NCBI GenBank assembly: GCA_964512085.1
Contig: CAZEIU010000001.1
Span: forward strand, 7,647 to 71,646
DNA length: 64,000 nt
DNA from: an uncultured Candidatus Saccharibacteria bacterium
GTDB taxonomy: Bacteria; Patescibacteriota; Saccharimonadia; CAILAD01; BJGX01
Direction of reading: 5' to 3'
Shown here piece by piece: positions 36,250 to 45,979 of the stretch (its first letter is position 1; each line of letters opens with the position of its first letter). Made by a program: the position numbers and the translations under genes. The notes under the pieces were generated by a model. It saw nothing but the letters and a program-made list of their open reading frames with translations, had not been told where the DNA came from and ran no database searches.

Positions 36250-38223
36250 ATGAACTGTTCAGATATAGTTAATAACATGAGCTACTTTTACTTAAAACAA
36301 AAGATAGATCGAGTTAACCCCTCTACTATAACTGTAGATATTTTTGATACACTCTTGCTAAGAAAATGGCAGCCCGAGCCTTGGCGTTTTTACAAACTTG
36401 CTAAAGCTACTAGCGACATATTGAACAAGTCTGGTTTTCGAACTACCCAAATGCAAATATTTGAACTTAGAAATTATTATTCTAGTATCTTGCGTCAGGC
36501 AAATTTAGAGACCGGTTTTGATTATGAGACAAAATACGAAGATATTGTGAAAAACATTATTATTAGTTTGCAAAAAAGACAAAACATCAATGCTAGCAAA
36601 AATACAATTAAAACATTAGTAGATAAAATTAAAAATAATGAACTAGAGTTTGAGTCTAAACAACTGTATTTGAATAAAAAATTATATAAAACAATTATTC
36701 CCTACCTAAGCAAGGGTATGGACATATATTTCGTAAGCGATATGTATTTGAGCAGTCAAGACTTGTCTTTTCTTTTAAAAAAATGTGGCAGTAAACTTAT
36801 CTACAAAGGCTTAAGCTCGGCAGATGAACTTTTGGGCAAAAGTAGTTCCAGATCGTTTGTGCAGTTGCAAAAAAAATACCCAAAAATCAAGCTTACCTCT
36901 ACATTACATATTGGCGACAATAAAACCGGCGATAAACTCTACCCCTTTAGGGTAGGCGTATGTACTTATTGGCTTAGACTTCCCTTACATATAATGAAAC
37001 TTAAGATGGGCAAGATAATCTTTGGGTCTATACTCAAAACCAAAAGATATTTTTACACAATTGATCGACAAAAAAAATATATGCGTAACTCAGGTTTGTT
37101 TGAGCTAAACAAGACATCTTCTACAAAAGACACTGCTCAAAGGTTGGGCTGGCTTTTTGCACCAGCAATTATTAGATACTTAGATTTTTTGGGAACATAT
37201 AGCACTGCTAGCAATTCACAAGTGGCATTTATTACGAGTGAGAGCGAAGTATTGAACCAATTTTACGAAAAGCTAGGTTTTAAAGGTGCCAAAAAATACC
37301 CTCAATTTAGTCGTAATTTTATGATACAAGCCTATAGTTCGCTTTTAAGTAAGCAGTTTAGCTTTAATTCTATTCTAGCTATTGCCAAAAAAATATTAAG
37401 GCGCAAAACCAACTCGAGCGCACTGGCAACGTTGCAAGTTTCTCAACCGGGCAGTCACAAATGGGAGTTAGTAGGAGCAAAGAGCTCTCGTAACGAAATA
37501 GAAAAATTAAACCTAGATAGTGCCTCTAAAATTTGGCAAAAAAAATACAATGAGGCATTGCGTACTTGGAAGTCTATTTCGCACAAATCAAATCAAAAAG
37601 TAATTATCGCCGATGTAGGCTGGAACGACACTATACAAATATTGTTTCATGAAATCATTAAAGAAAACAAGTTGGATTCAAGCAAATTAACTGGTAAGTA
37701 CTTAGGTCGAACCGGAACCAATATATTTAGTTCAAATATCAGCACAAATTCACAAGGCGTAATATTTAATAGTTTGAAATCAAAGCACAATAAGTATCTA
37801 TACCAGCCAGAGGTGTGGGAGAGTTTTTTAAACAATGATAATATCGACTCCCCTACCCGAAATGATATTATAGACGGCATTAATCAAGCCTTAGAGTATT
37901 TTCAGAAGTCTCCCTTGAGTGCAGATACTTACTACCAACTTAGTAGCGATTTATTAAATAAAACATTAAAAAAACCTTGCAAACAAGTTATTGAGACTTT
38001 GGCTAGCCTAAAATTTGATTATGGCACATTAGATGAGCAAATCTGCCCGCTCGTTAATATTGGTGAAAGCAAAATAAAAGTATATTACTGGCTCTTATTT
38101 AAGAGAAGTAAGTTTAAAAATTTCTATTTTCACCAAGGTTGGAAATGGGGCTCAGCAAACTATTACAACTATAAATTTGCTTACAGAATTTGGCGATTCA
38201 AAACAAAAAAACCAAGTTTTTGA
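36250..38223 (+). CDS. HAD-like hydrolase of surface-glycan loci
   Basis: DIFDTLL.R, VSDMYL, LHIGDN..GD, DVGW..TIQ. Confidence 0.8.
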   Translation: MNCSDIVNNMSYFYLKQKIDRVNPSTITVDIFDTLLLRKWQPEPWRFYKLAKATSDILNKSGFRTTQMQIFELRNYYSSILRQANLETGFDYETKYEDIVKNIIISLQKRQNINASKNTIKTLVDKIKNNELEFESKQLYLNKKLYKTIIPYLSKGMDIYFVSDMYLSSQDLSFLLKKCGSKLIYKGLSSADELLGKSSSRSFVQLQKKYPKIKLTSTLHIGDNKTGDKLYPFRVGVCTYWLRLPLHIMKLKMGKIIFGSILKTKRYFYTIDRQKKYMRNSGLFELNKTSSTKDTAQRLGWLFAPAIIRYLDFLGTYSTASNSQVAFITSESEVLNQFYEKLGFKGAKKYPQFSRNFMIQAYSSLLSKQFSFNSILAIAKKILRRKTNSSALATLQVSQPGSHKWELVGAKSSRNEIEKLNLDSASKIWQKKYNEALRTWKSISHKSNQKVIIADVGWNDTIQILFHEIIKENKLDSSKLTGKYLGRTGTNIFSSNISTNSQGVIFNSLKSKHNKYLYQPEVWESFLNNDNIDSPTRNDIIDGINQALEYFQKSPLSADTYYQLSSDLLNKTLKKPCKQVIETLASLKFDYGTLDEQICPLVNIGESKIKVYYWLLFKRSKFKNFYFHQGWKWGSANYYNYKFAYRIWRFKTKKPSF

Positions 38224-38229
38224 TTTTTA

Positions 38230-39096
38230 TTATTTATCCGGAAACAAATGTGATCTACGATAGCCAATAAGATTAGCAACATTAATAAGATCTGGAGTCA
38301 TAAATACCGCCCCAGTTGCTTCTTTGTCAGGCTTGATCGGTTTTGCTTTGTTTTTATAAAGGTTTTGCGGATTTACATCAAACTTAACCTGACCTAGTTT
38401 TTTGTGCATTTTAACTAATGTGGATTTAGATGCAGAAATTTTGTATGCGCTAGGATTACCTCCTATAGCATGTAGCGCTGTCGGCTCATTTGCTAACATG
38501 CTGGTCTCAAAATTTATACCAAGTAGACGACAAATTTGTTGCATTGTTTGTTTGGGTTTATCTAAAAACTCCTCAAACTGCACAATAATATGCGGCAGAT
38601 TGAGTTGAGCTACGGTTCGCAATGCATCGTAGTATGTATCTCGCCAGGCGTTGGCCTCTACCCATATAGGACCAATTTGTCTGTCTTTACAGCTCCGTAT
38701 ATAAGCAACTGGGCTACGAGCCAATATAATTACTTTGATATTTTTTTGTACTACATTTTTTTGAGTGGCGATTCTCAACCACTCTACGTGTTTACTACCA
38801 TCTACAATAATAGGTTTATCAATCTTTTCGGAAAGCGCCTTGTGAACATCAATAGACTCAAGAGCGTTAGTTGATTTAATTAGTGAGCGATTAAATATCT
38901 CGCATTTATTACCAGCAATAATACAATCTAAACACTCACCTGCTTCTTTATCTAGATGATATTTTTTAAAATAACCTTTTGCTCGCGACAATTCACCTAT
39001 ATATCCAACTTGCGAATGGCTATTTAGAGCCCTACCCAGCAAAGTAGAGCCGCTATATGCTGTGCCTAATATAAAAACGCTTTGTTCTAAACTCAT
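38230..39096 (-). CDS. sulfotransferase family protein
   Basis: PAPS loop GTAYSGSTLL...L..H, VDGSK, R.P....S, FEEF...P. Confidence 0.85.
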   Translation of the reverse strand: MSLEQSVFILGTAYSGSTLLGRALNSHSQVGYIGELSRAKGYFKKYHLDKEAGECLDCIIAGNKCEIFNRSLIKSTNALESIDVHKALSEKIDKPIIVDGSKHVEWLRIATQKNVVQKNIKVIILARSPVAYIRSCKDRQIGPIWVEANAWRDTYYDALRTVAQLNLPHIIVQFEEFLDKPKQTMQQICRLLGINFETSMLANEPTALHAIGGNPSAYKISASKSTLVKMHKKLGQVKFDVNPQNLYKNKAKPIKPDKEATGAVFMTPDLINVANLIGYRRSHLFPDK

Positions 39097-39151
39097 ACTC
39101 TATAGTGTAGAGCTTAAGATCATTTCTATACAACTACTTTATTGTATTTTG

Positions 39152-40423
39152 TTACTTCCAAGTCCAGGTCGAGACAAGAGTGTCGCTGGCTTTTTTGGCG
39201 GTATCGTCATTGTAAGATGTATTTATAATAAAGCCATTAATAGTTTGGCCATCTAGTTGGTAATTTTTGTTTGCAGGTATAACTACGATTGTTTGCTGAT
39301 CTAAGCCATTTACTTTTTGTATGACTTGCTTGGCATCTACATTGTTAAGTTTTATATCATTTTGAGAAGTTATGGTACCAACCTTGGCTTGATCAACAAG
39401 AGCCTGTAGGTCTGTCACTGCAGTGGTGACGGCGGTAATAGTTATATCGTATTGCGAAACACTGCCAAACTTAGCGGCAATTTTACATTGGGTAAGTGCA
39501 AAGTTGATAGTATTGGGCGTAAATGCACCAAAACTAAAACAATCTCTATCTACTTTTTTGTAGCCATCTGGAATTGTGGCTGGCGAACTGCTCTGCTCGG
39601 TAGCCTGCTGAGTTTGTTCGACTTGTTCTTGATTGAGCTCTACTGCTGGAGTTTTTTTACTGCTTGAAGTAAGCAATAGTATTAAGCTTAAAATAACTAC
39701 AAAGCCCAATACCACTGCGCCAATAATAATAAATTTTTTCTTACTACTTTTTTGAGGTGGCATCGGTGCAGCCATACCACCAATATCTAAGTTTCCTCCA
39801 AACCCTGGTGGCACACCGGCATTATCTACAGCATTTGGCATCGGGCTCACATCTACCCCTGGCTGCATCGAACCCTGTTGTTCAAAACCAACCGGCTGAC
39901 TAGCCATAGGAGATGGCTGTGGTTGGGGTGGCAATTGATTACCACTAAGGTCTAGCATATTACTACTGGGTACCTGCAATGCAGGGTCTGGCTGTACTGG
40001 TTGAGGAGCCATAGGCTCGGCTAGTGGCGGGTTAGCAGCTGGTGCTTGCTCGTAACCGGTCATATTTGCATTGCCAGAAACTTGAGGTTGGCTATATTGG
40101 TCTGAGCCTAAGGCCGGATTAACGCCGATAGAACTAGTATCTACAGGGTTGGGCTGCATAGGAGCAGATGGCACATTTTGCATGTTTTGGGCAGGATTAA
40201 CCTGATTATCTGGCATGTTATTTATAACAGCATTATCTTGAGCTGCTACAGTCTGCCAATCTGGTTGTACAGGCGAAGATGTGTCGGTAGGATTAATGCT
40301 GGTACCCGGCATAATAGAAGGGTTCATCTGATTATCAGATGGTTGCGGCACAGACCCCCCTATTTGATTTTGTGTATTGTCTGCTTGCGGAATCGGGAAT
40401 GTGTTGTCTTGCGAGTCTTGCAT
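39152..40423 (-). CDS. Pro/Gln-rich membrane-anchored protein
   Basis: Low-complexity N-terminus, one TM, beta-rich C-terminus; leaderless ATG 40423. Confidence 0.8.
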   Translation of the reverse strand: MQDSQDNTFPIPQADNTQNQIGGSVPQPSDNQMNPSIMPGTSINPTDTSSPVQPDWQTVAAQDNAVINNMPDNQVNPAQNMQNVPSAPMQPNPVDTSSIGVNPALGSDQYSQPQVSGNANMTGYEQAPAANPPLAEPMAPQPVQPDPALQVPSSNMLDLSGNQLPPQPQPSPMASQPVGFEQQGSMQPGVDVSPMPNAVDNAGVPPGFGGNLDIGGMAAPMPPQKSSKKKFIIIGAVVLGFVVILSLILLLTSSSKKTPAVELNQEQVEQTQQATEQSSSPATIPDGYKKVDRDCFSFGAFTPNTINFALTQCKIAAKFGSVSQYDITITAVTTAVTDLQALVDQAKVGTITSQNDIKLNNVDAKQVIQKVNGLDQQTIVVIPANKNYQLDGQTINGFIINTSYNDDTAKKASDTLVSTWTWK

Positions 40424-40522
40424 ATCTTTGAGTATAGTATAGCAATTTGCACTCAAAAAGGCTATGTTTTTTACTATTTTTTTCATTGCTCAAAATTGAA
40501 TAGTTAGTGGTAAACTATAGCT

Positions 40523-41845
40523 ATGAGTATTAAGAATAAATTAATAAGATATGTACCAAAAACAGTGCTTGATAACTTTCATTATCCAGAGTCGATTTTT
40601 TATGCCAAAAAGTACAAAAAGCCGTCTAGCAATATGATTGTAATTGGTGTTGTGGGTAGCAAAGGCAAGACTACTACTGCCAACTTTGTATGGTCAGTAT
40701 TGACTGCTGCTGGACATATGGTGGGTCAAATTGGTACTGCCAATATTAGAATAGGTAATGACGAAAGTCCCAACCCTTGGCATATGACTATGCCGGGAGC
40801 CAAAAAAATGCAAACCCTGCTAGCCAAAATGCAAAATAAAGGCTGTAATTTTGTAGTGATGGAGGTTCCATCTGAAGCACAAACCCAATGGAGACACATT
40901 GGAATAGAATTTGATGTAATTATATTTACCGGAGTTGAGCAAGAGATAATGGCTGCCCACAGAGGAAGCATGGAAATATTGCACAAACACAATAAACGTG
41001 TGCTCTCTTCTACAGCAAATAGCTCGCAAAAAATAATTAATCATAAAAATATCGAAAAAGTTCTTATTGCTAATGCCGATAGCCCCTATATTAATGACTA
41101 CAGCCTATTTGATTTTGATCACAGACTAACATATAGCATTGATAAGCCGAGTGATTACCGAGCAACAGAACTTAAGGTAAGTTCTACAGGTACGTCTTTT
41201 AAGATTAACGGTCATAAATACCGCATTAATTTAATTGGCAATGTTAATGCTCTAAACGCTGCTGCAGCTACCTCTGTAGCTGAGGTATTTAATGTGCTAC
41301 CAGCGCAAATTCAAGAGGGCTTTAAAAACCTCAAGACAATCCCTGGGCGAATGGAAAAAATAAACTTAGGTCAAAAATTCTTAGTATTTGTCGATTATGC
41401 TCACGACCAAATTAGCCTAACAAAACTTTTAGAAACCGGTCGACAGTTAATTGATGATAAAAATAAGATAATTGTACTATTTGGCGGACAAGGCGGCGGT
41501 AGAGACATAAAGAAACGAGCTGAGATGGGCAAAATTGCCGCCAAACTTGCCGACTATGTCGTTGTGAGTGATGACGATCCTTATGATGACGACCCAATGC
41601 AGATTATTAACGACATAGCTGAAGGTGCCGAAAAATACGGCAAAGTCAAAGACAAAGATTTATTCTTAATTCAAGATAGAAGAAGAGGTATCTATAAGGC
41701 CCTTAAGTTGGCTAAGCCGGGCGATTTGGTTTTTATTGCCTGCAAAGGAGCTGATCAGCTCATGATGATTGCCAACAATAAATCAATAAAATGGGACGAT
41801 CGCGAAGTTACACGTGAGGAGTTAAGTAAAATAGTTAAAAAATAA
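40523..41845 (+). CDS. murE: UDP-N-acetylmuramyl-tripeptide synthetase (MurE-like)
   Basis: GSKGKTTT, MEV, PGRME, VDYAH, KR..MG, DDP, KG. Confidence 0.85.
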   Translation: MSIKNKLIRYVPKTVLDNFHYPESIFYAKKYKKPSSNMIVIGVVGSKGKTTTANFVWSVLTAAGHMVGQIGTANIRIGNDESPNPWHMTMPGAKKMQTLLAKMQNKGCNFVVMEVPSEAQTQWRHIGIEFDVIIFTGVEQEIMAAHRGSMEILHKHNKRVLSSTANSSQKIINHKNIEKVLIANADSPYINDYSLFDFDHRLTYSIDKPSDYRATELKVSSTGTSFKINGHKYRINLIGNVNALNAAAATSVAEVFNVLPAQIQEGFKNLKTIPGRMEKINLGQKFLVFVDYAHDQISLTKLLETGRQLIDDKNKIIVLFGGQGGGRDIKKRAEMGKIAAKLADYVVVSDDDPYDDDPMQIINDIAEGAEKYGKVKDKDLFLIQDRRRGIYKALKLAKPGDLVFIACKGADQLMMIANNKSIKWDDREVTREELSKIVKK

Positions 41846-41865
41846 CTTAGTTATCAATTCAAATA

Positions 41866-42735
41866 TTATTTTATTGCTATGCTTTTTTGCTTAGCCGTAC
41901 AGTAACATTCATAAACCTTTTCGCAATCTTTGCAGCTAATAAAAAGCTTATGACAGCTTTTGTCGGCACAGTCTACAAATCTGTCGCAGGGTTTTTGGCA
42001 ATGCTCGCATTTTGCAAGAACTTCTTTGCCACTTTTAGTTTCGGTATTAGTTATCATCCGCTGGTCAAAAACAAAGTTTTTGCCCTTAAAGTAACCATTG
42101 GGGTATTTCTCTAAATACTTTACAATGCCACCATCTAGCTGACAGACGTCCTCAAAGCCTTCTTCTGTAAGCACGGCGCCGGCTTTTTCGCATCTAATAC
42201 CACCGGTACAGTAAATTAATGCTTTTTTGGTCTTATCGACCTTTAAATTCTTAACTTTTTCAGGTAGCTCAAAAAATCTTTGAGTGTTTGGCTGTATTGC
42301 TCCTTCAAACCGCCCTACCTTATACTCATAGTCGTTGCGCATATCTATTATAGTAACGTCTTCTTTCTGCTCAATAAGCTTATGAAATTCTTCTGGCGAA
42401 ATATGTTTACCGCTTTTTTTAACATCTACTTTTTTACCAAGAGTCACTATCTCGTCTCGTCGTCTAACTATCATTTTCTTAAACGGCCAATTTCCGCTAT
42501 AGCTACGTTTAAAAACAATATCACCAAATAGTGGATGAGCATCCATATATTCACGATATTTTCGTAATTGAGCTTTGGTACCAGCAACGGTTCCATTAAT
42601 GCCCTCAGAGGCAATAATAATACGCCCCTTGAGGCCTATTCCTTCACAGACTAGTTTATGTTGCATAGTCTCAAATTTGGGGTTTGGTACTTCTACAAAT
42701 TTATAATACAAAAATACATATATAGCTTTTGACAT
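41866..42735 (-). CDS. trhO: rhodanese-related tRNA uridine(34) hydroxylase (YceA/TrhO)
   Basis: GRI.IA.EGINGT, D.RN.YE..VG.F.GA, YCTGGIRCEK, G.NFVFD.R. Confidence 0.9.
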   Translation of the reverse strand: MSKAIYVFLYYKFVEVPNPKFETMQHKLVCEGIGLKGRIIIASEGINGTVAGTKAQLRKYREYMDAHPLFGDIVFKRSYSGNWPFKKMIVRRRDEIVTLGKKVDVKKSGKHISPEEFHKLIEQKEDVTIIDMRNDYEYKVGRFEGAIQPNTQRFFELPEKVKNLKVDKTKKALIYCTGGIRCEKAGAVLTEEGFEDVCQLDGGIVKYLEKYPNGYFKGKNFVFDQRMITNTETKSGKEVLAKCEHCQKPCDRFVDCADKSCHKLFISCKDCEKVYECYCTAKQKSIAIK

Positions 42736-42835
42736 AGCCAAGATTATACCAGAAAACTTAGCTTTATTGCATATATTGTAGCTATATGCTAAATTATCAC
42801 TCGGTGTACCTTAAATCCTCTCCCAAAGGAGTGAA

Positions 42836-43552
42836 GTGTCAAACAGTCACTTGCCGGTTGATAGAATTTTGGTCAAAATTTCTGGTGAATCACTTAAGGG
42901 AAGTTCTAGTGAAGTAATCGACCCCGATGAACTCAAGAGAGTTGCTCAAGACATTGCCGATGTTGTGAACAACGATACTCAAGTTGTTATCGTTGTTGGG
43001 GCGGGTAATATTTGGCGTGGAGCCAATCACCACGAGATCAACCAATCAGATGCCGACTACCTTGGTATGACAGCAACAATTATCAATGGTGGCGCGTTGG
43101 GTAGCGCTCTAAAAGGGCTTGGTGTTGAGACTCGCGTAATGACAGCATTGCCTATAGATAAAGTGTGTGAGCCATATCTTTTTAGGCGAGCGATACGACA
43201 CTTAGAAAAAGGCCGAGTGGTAATTTGCGTAGCAGGTACGGGCAACCCATTTTGCACCACAGACTTTACAGCTGCATTACGTGCTGCAGAACTAGAGTGC
43301 GATGTGATCTATATGGGTAAAAACGGCGTTGATGGTGTATACGACTCTGATCCTCGCACCAATGAAGATGCGGTGAGATTTCACGAGCTTACTTTTAGAG
43401 AAATTATTGACCGTGGACTTGAAGTTATGGACATGACAGCAATAACCCAAGCGGGCGATAAAGGTATTCCAATCGTTGTATACAATGGCAACAAGCCTGG
43501 TGCACTTAGTGAGGTTATTTACAACTCCAAACACGGAACTGTTATTCGATAA
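42836..43552 (+). CDS. pyrH: UMP kinase
   Basis: KISGE, GAGNIWRG, D.LGM.AT, GTGNPF.TTD, VDGVY..DP, VMD.TA. Confidence 0.93.
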   Translation: MSNSHLPVDRILVKISGESLKGSSSEVIDPDELKRVAQDIADVVNNDTQVVIVVGAGNIWRGANHHEINQSDADYLGMTATIINGGALGSALKGLGVETRVMTALPIDKVCEPYLFRRAIRHLEKGRVVICVAGTGNPFCTTDFTAALRAAELECDVIYMGKNGVDGVYDSDPRTNEDAVRFHELTFREIIDRGLEVMDMTAITQAGDKGIPIVVYNGNKPGALSEVIYNSKHGTVIR

Positions 43553-43586
43553 AACAATCATCCTAATTCAATTTGAATTAGGATTT

Positions 43587-43976
43587 TTATTTATCTAAAT
43601 AATCTTTCATTAAACTCCAATAGTTATCCTTCCAGCCTTGCTCAATATCACTAAAGAACTCCTCTGGAACTCCTGTTTGCATAAAGTGTAATTCACAGCC
43701 GTTGTTTTTGGGCTCAAACTCGAATGTTACTGTAGACTCTACTCCTTTTGGCCAGTCGCTAGCTCGCCAAGTCTGAACTATTTTTTTATCTATTTTGATT
43801 TCGATATTTCTGCCTGTGGCATAACCATCCCACACCGAAAAGCTATCACCTATCTTTCGACTAATTTTTGCCGGTGCTCCTGTAAAACCAGCATGTTTTT
43901 TGGCGTCCATTATTAGCTCAAAAATTTGTGAGGGGCTGGCGTTAAACTCAACCGTTTGATGAATAGTCTTTGTCAT
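43587..43976 (-). CDS. SRPBCC/AHSA1-like protein
   Basis: F..WDG...G, IVQTWR..DW, QTGVP, GW...YW. Confidence 0.88.
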   Translation of the reverse strand: MTKTIHQTVEFNASPSQIFELIMDAKKHAGFTGAPAKISRKIGDSFSVWDGYATGRNIEIKIDKKIVQTWRASDWPKGVESTVTFEFEPKNNGCELHFMQTGVPEEFFSDIEQGWKDNYWSLMKDYLDK

Positions 43977-44488
43977 AATTGCTCGGTCTTTCTTAGCCAT
44001 TTTTTGATAGCTTGTAGACTCTTGTCTAGTCGGTCATCAAAGTCGGCATCGGTTAGACTCAAATTTACTTCATTAGAGTACCTTGACAAAAAATCTTGAT
44101 GATCTTGATATGTTTTATTCAAAGCATCTAATTGGTCATAGTTTTTATATTTATAGATTTCTTCAAGTTTCTTAAGACTAAAATCTAAGCTAATAACATA
44201 CAGTTCGTAATTATTATTCTTTACCAGCTCAACTATTCTCGACCACTGCCTATCAATACTAGCATCGTAAATAAAATCTATTTTTCTATCAATAATATCT
44301 TTTAATCGCTTATCTTTCTTGCTTATGTATACATCGGTAATTAATTCGCCTTCATCCTCTTGAGTTTCAACTCGCATAGAATCATTATTGAGAATTGGCA
44401 ATCTTAGATTCCAACTCAAATAGTAAGCAATAGGTGTTTTTCCGCTCCCGATAGGCCCAGCGAATGTTATGCATACATGTCTATTCAT
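43973..44488 (-). CDS. P-loop kinase (AAA_33-like)
   Basis: GPIGSGKT, D..R, IYDA. Confidence 0.75.
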   Translation of the reverse strand: MNRHVCITFAGPIGSGKTPIAYYLSWNLRLPILNNDSMRVETQEDEGELITDVYISKKDKRLKDIIDRKIDFIYDASIDRQWSRIVELVKNNNYELYVISLDFSLKKLEEIYKYKNYDQLDALNKTYQDHQDFLSRYSNEVNLSLTDADFDDRLDKSLQAIKKWLRKTEQL

Positions 44489-44500
44489 AATAATATTATA

Positions 44501-44977
44501 CTACTTCGCTAAGGCAATTATCTCGGCCATATCTTCAGACCCACTCCAGCTATTTATAATTTCGCCATTGGCATCGACCTGCACAAAGGTGTTTTCGAAC
44601 GGTACATTATATTTTTTACGAAGTGTGTAGTTTTTGTCGTAATCCACACTTAGTACCGTAAAGTTGCTGGGTAACTTAGAAGTATTGTTTTTGAGCTCTT
44701 GGTCTAACTGCTTGCTAGTTTTTGACCACTTAGCGTTAAAAAACAACACCACTTTGCCATCGCTAGCTTGAGACAGTTTGCTTACATCATAGACTTCGTA
44801 AGTACCAGCCCTTTTTTGTACTTTCGATTCTTCTGACGATGCGGTACTATCTGCTTGGACTTGATTTGTTTGAGGACTATTGTTTTTATTTTTTAGTCGA
44901 TTATAGCCATAAAAAGCTACGGCAACTACTAAAGAAATAAACAATATCGTACCAATTATAATAAATACTTTTTTCAT
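44501..44977 (-). CDS. membrane-anchored thioredoxin-like protein lacking CxxC
   Basis: VVLFFNAKWSKTS, VDYD...L..KY.V....TFVQVD..G. Confidence 0.75.
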   Translation of the reverse strand: MKKVFIIIGTILFISLVVAVAFYGYNRLKNKNNSPQTNQVQADSTASSEESKVQKRAGTYEVYDVSKLSQASDGKVVLFFNAKWSKTSKQLDQELKNNTSKLPSNFTVLSVDYDKNYTLRKKYNVPFENTFVQVDANGEIINSWSGSEDMAEIIALAK

Positions 44978-44981
44978 ACAG

Positions 44982-45434
44982 TTAATTTCTATTTGTTCTT
45001 GATAGTAAAAATATCTTAAGAAGTACCACAATTACCAATATAAAAACTAGCCACAAGTCTAGCGACTTAGTCAAAACCTGCACAAATATTGCCACCGATA
45101 AAATCGCCACTATGCTTAAATAAATAAATCTTTCTAGCGCAGGCATTTGTGGATGATTGCTTTGTTTTTTTAGCTTGCGCCAATGTGTAATAATAAACGC
45201 CAAAACTGCCAGCATGAATAAAGCCAAAATAGCTAGTTGAATTGGTGCAGTTGTGGCGCTATAAAAAGGCACCATAAAAAACATTCCAAGGGCAAAAATA
45301 ATTAGCCCAATTACAACTTCTGTACCAAACTTGTGTTCAGTAAGCATATCATCTTCGGCAATGTGCTTTATTTGTGTACGTTTGGCGTGATTTTGTTGTT
45401 TTTGCTCATGCTTTTTGTGACTAGCTCTGCTCAT
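44982..45434 (-). CDS. 4-TM membrane protein
   Basis: Hydrophobic segments; TACAAT 7 nt before ATG. Confidence 0.7.
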   Translation of the reverse strand: MSRASHKKHEQKQQNHAKRTQIKHIAEDDMLTEHKFGTEVVIGLIIFALGMFFMVPFYSATTAPIQLAILALFMLAVLAFIITHWRKLKKQSNHPQMPALERFIYLSIVAILSVAIFVQVLTKSLDLWLVFILVIVVLLKIFLLSRTNRN

Positions 45435-45480
45435 ACAAATCATTGTATCATGGATGTTTTTGTAAATTAAAAATCACTTC

Positions 45481-45945
45481 TTACTCGAAGTGATTAGTTG
45501 AATCATCAATTGCAGCTTGATTAATTCTTCGGTGATGTTCAATTTGTCGCAATATATAATTCAGCCTTCTTTTTTTAATTCCATAGAAGCTTAATAGAAC
45601 GTTGGTGGGCGCAAATAGAAAATCTCCGAGAGTTTCGATTCTTAAATCTTGCCTGTCTTCCCACTGCCCGTTTTCGTTTAAAACTCTCGGGTGGCTTAGT
45701 AGTTTTACAATGTAGTCTGACACATCATAATCAGAAAGTAAAACCTCAAGTTCTGGGCTAGTAGGTCTTGCAGCTGCGCTACCTAGTTTAGAAATTCGTT
45801 TTGGCTTTTCATTTCCTACTTGAATGTCTAGAGAGATAGCTCGGTATGGTGATTTTGCAGCATCTATACATTTCAACCCACCCTTATCAATAAAATCAAA
45901 ATAGTCATCTTCACACGCCAAAGTAAGAATCACTTTTACTGGCAT
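45481..45945 (-). CDS. hypothetical protein with RNAP alpha-CTD-like C-terminus
   Basis: IETLGDFL......LL...GI....L..I; SD AGGAGAGG; GCACCT at 45964-45969. Confidence 0.6.
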   Translation of the reverse strand: MPVKVILTLACEDDYFDFIDKGGLKCIDAAKSPYRAISLDIQVGNEKPKRISKLGSAAARPTSPELEVLLSDYDVSDYIVKLLSHPRVLNENGQWEDRQDLRIETLGDFLFAPTNVLLSFYGIKKRRLNYILRQIEHHRRINQAAIDDSTNHFE

Positions 45946-45979
45946 GCCTCTCCTCTCCTAAGAAGGTGCTGGGAGTATT

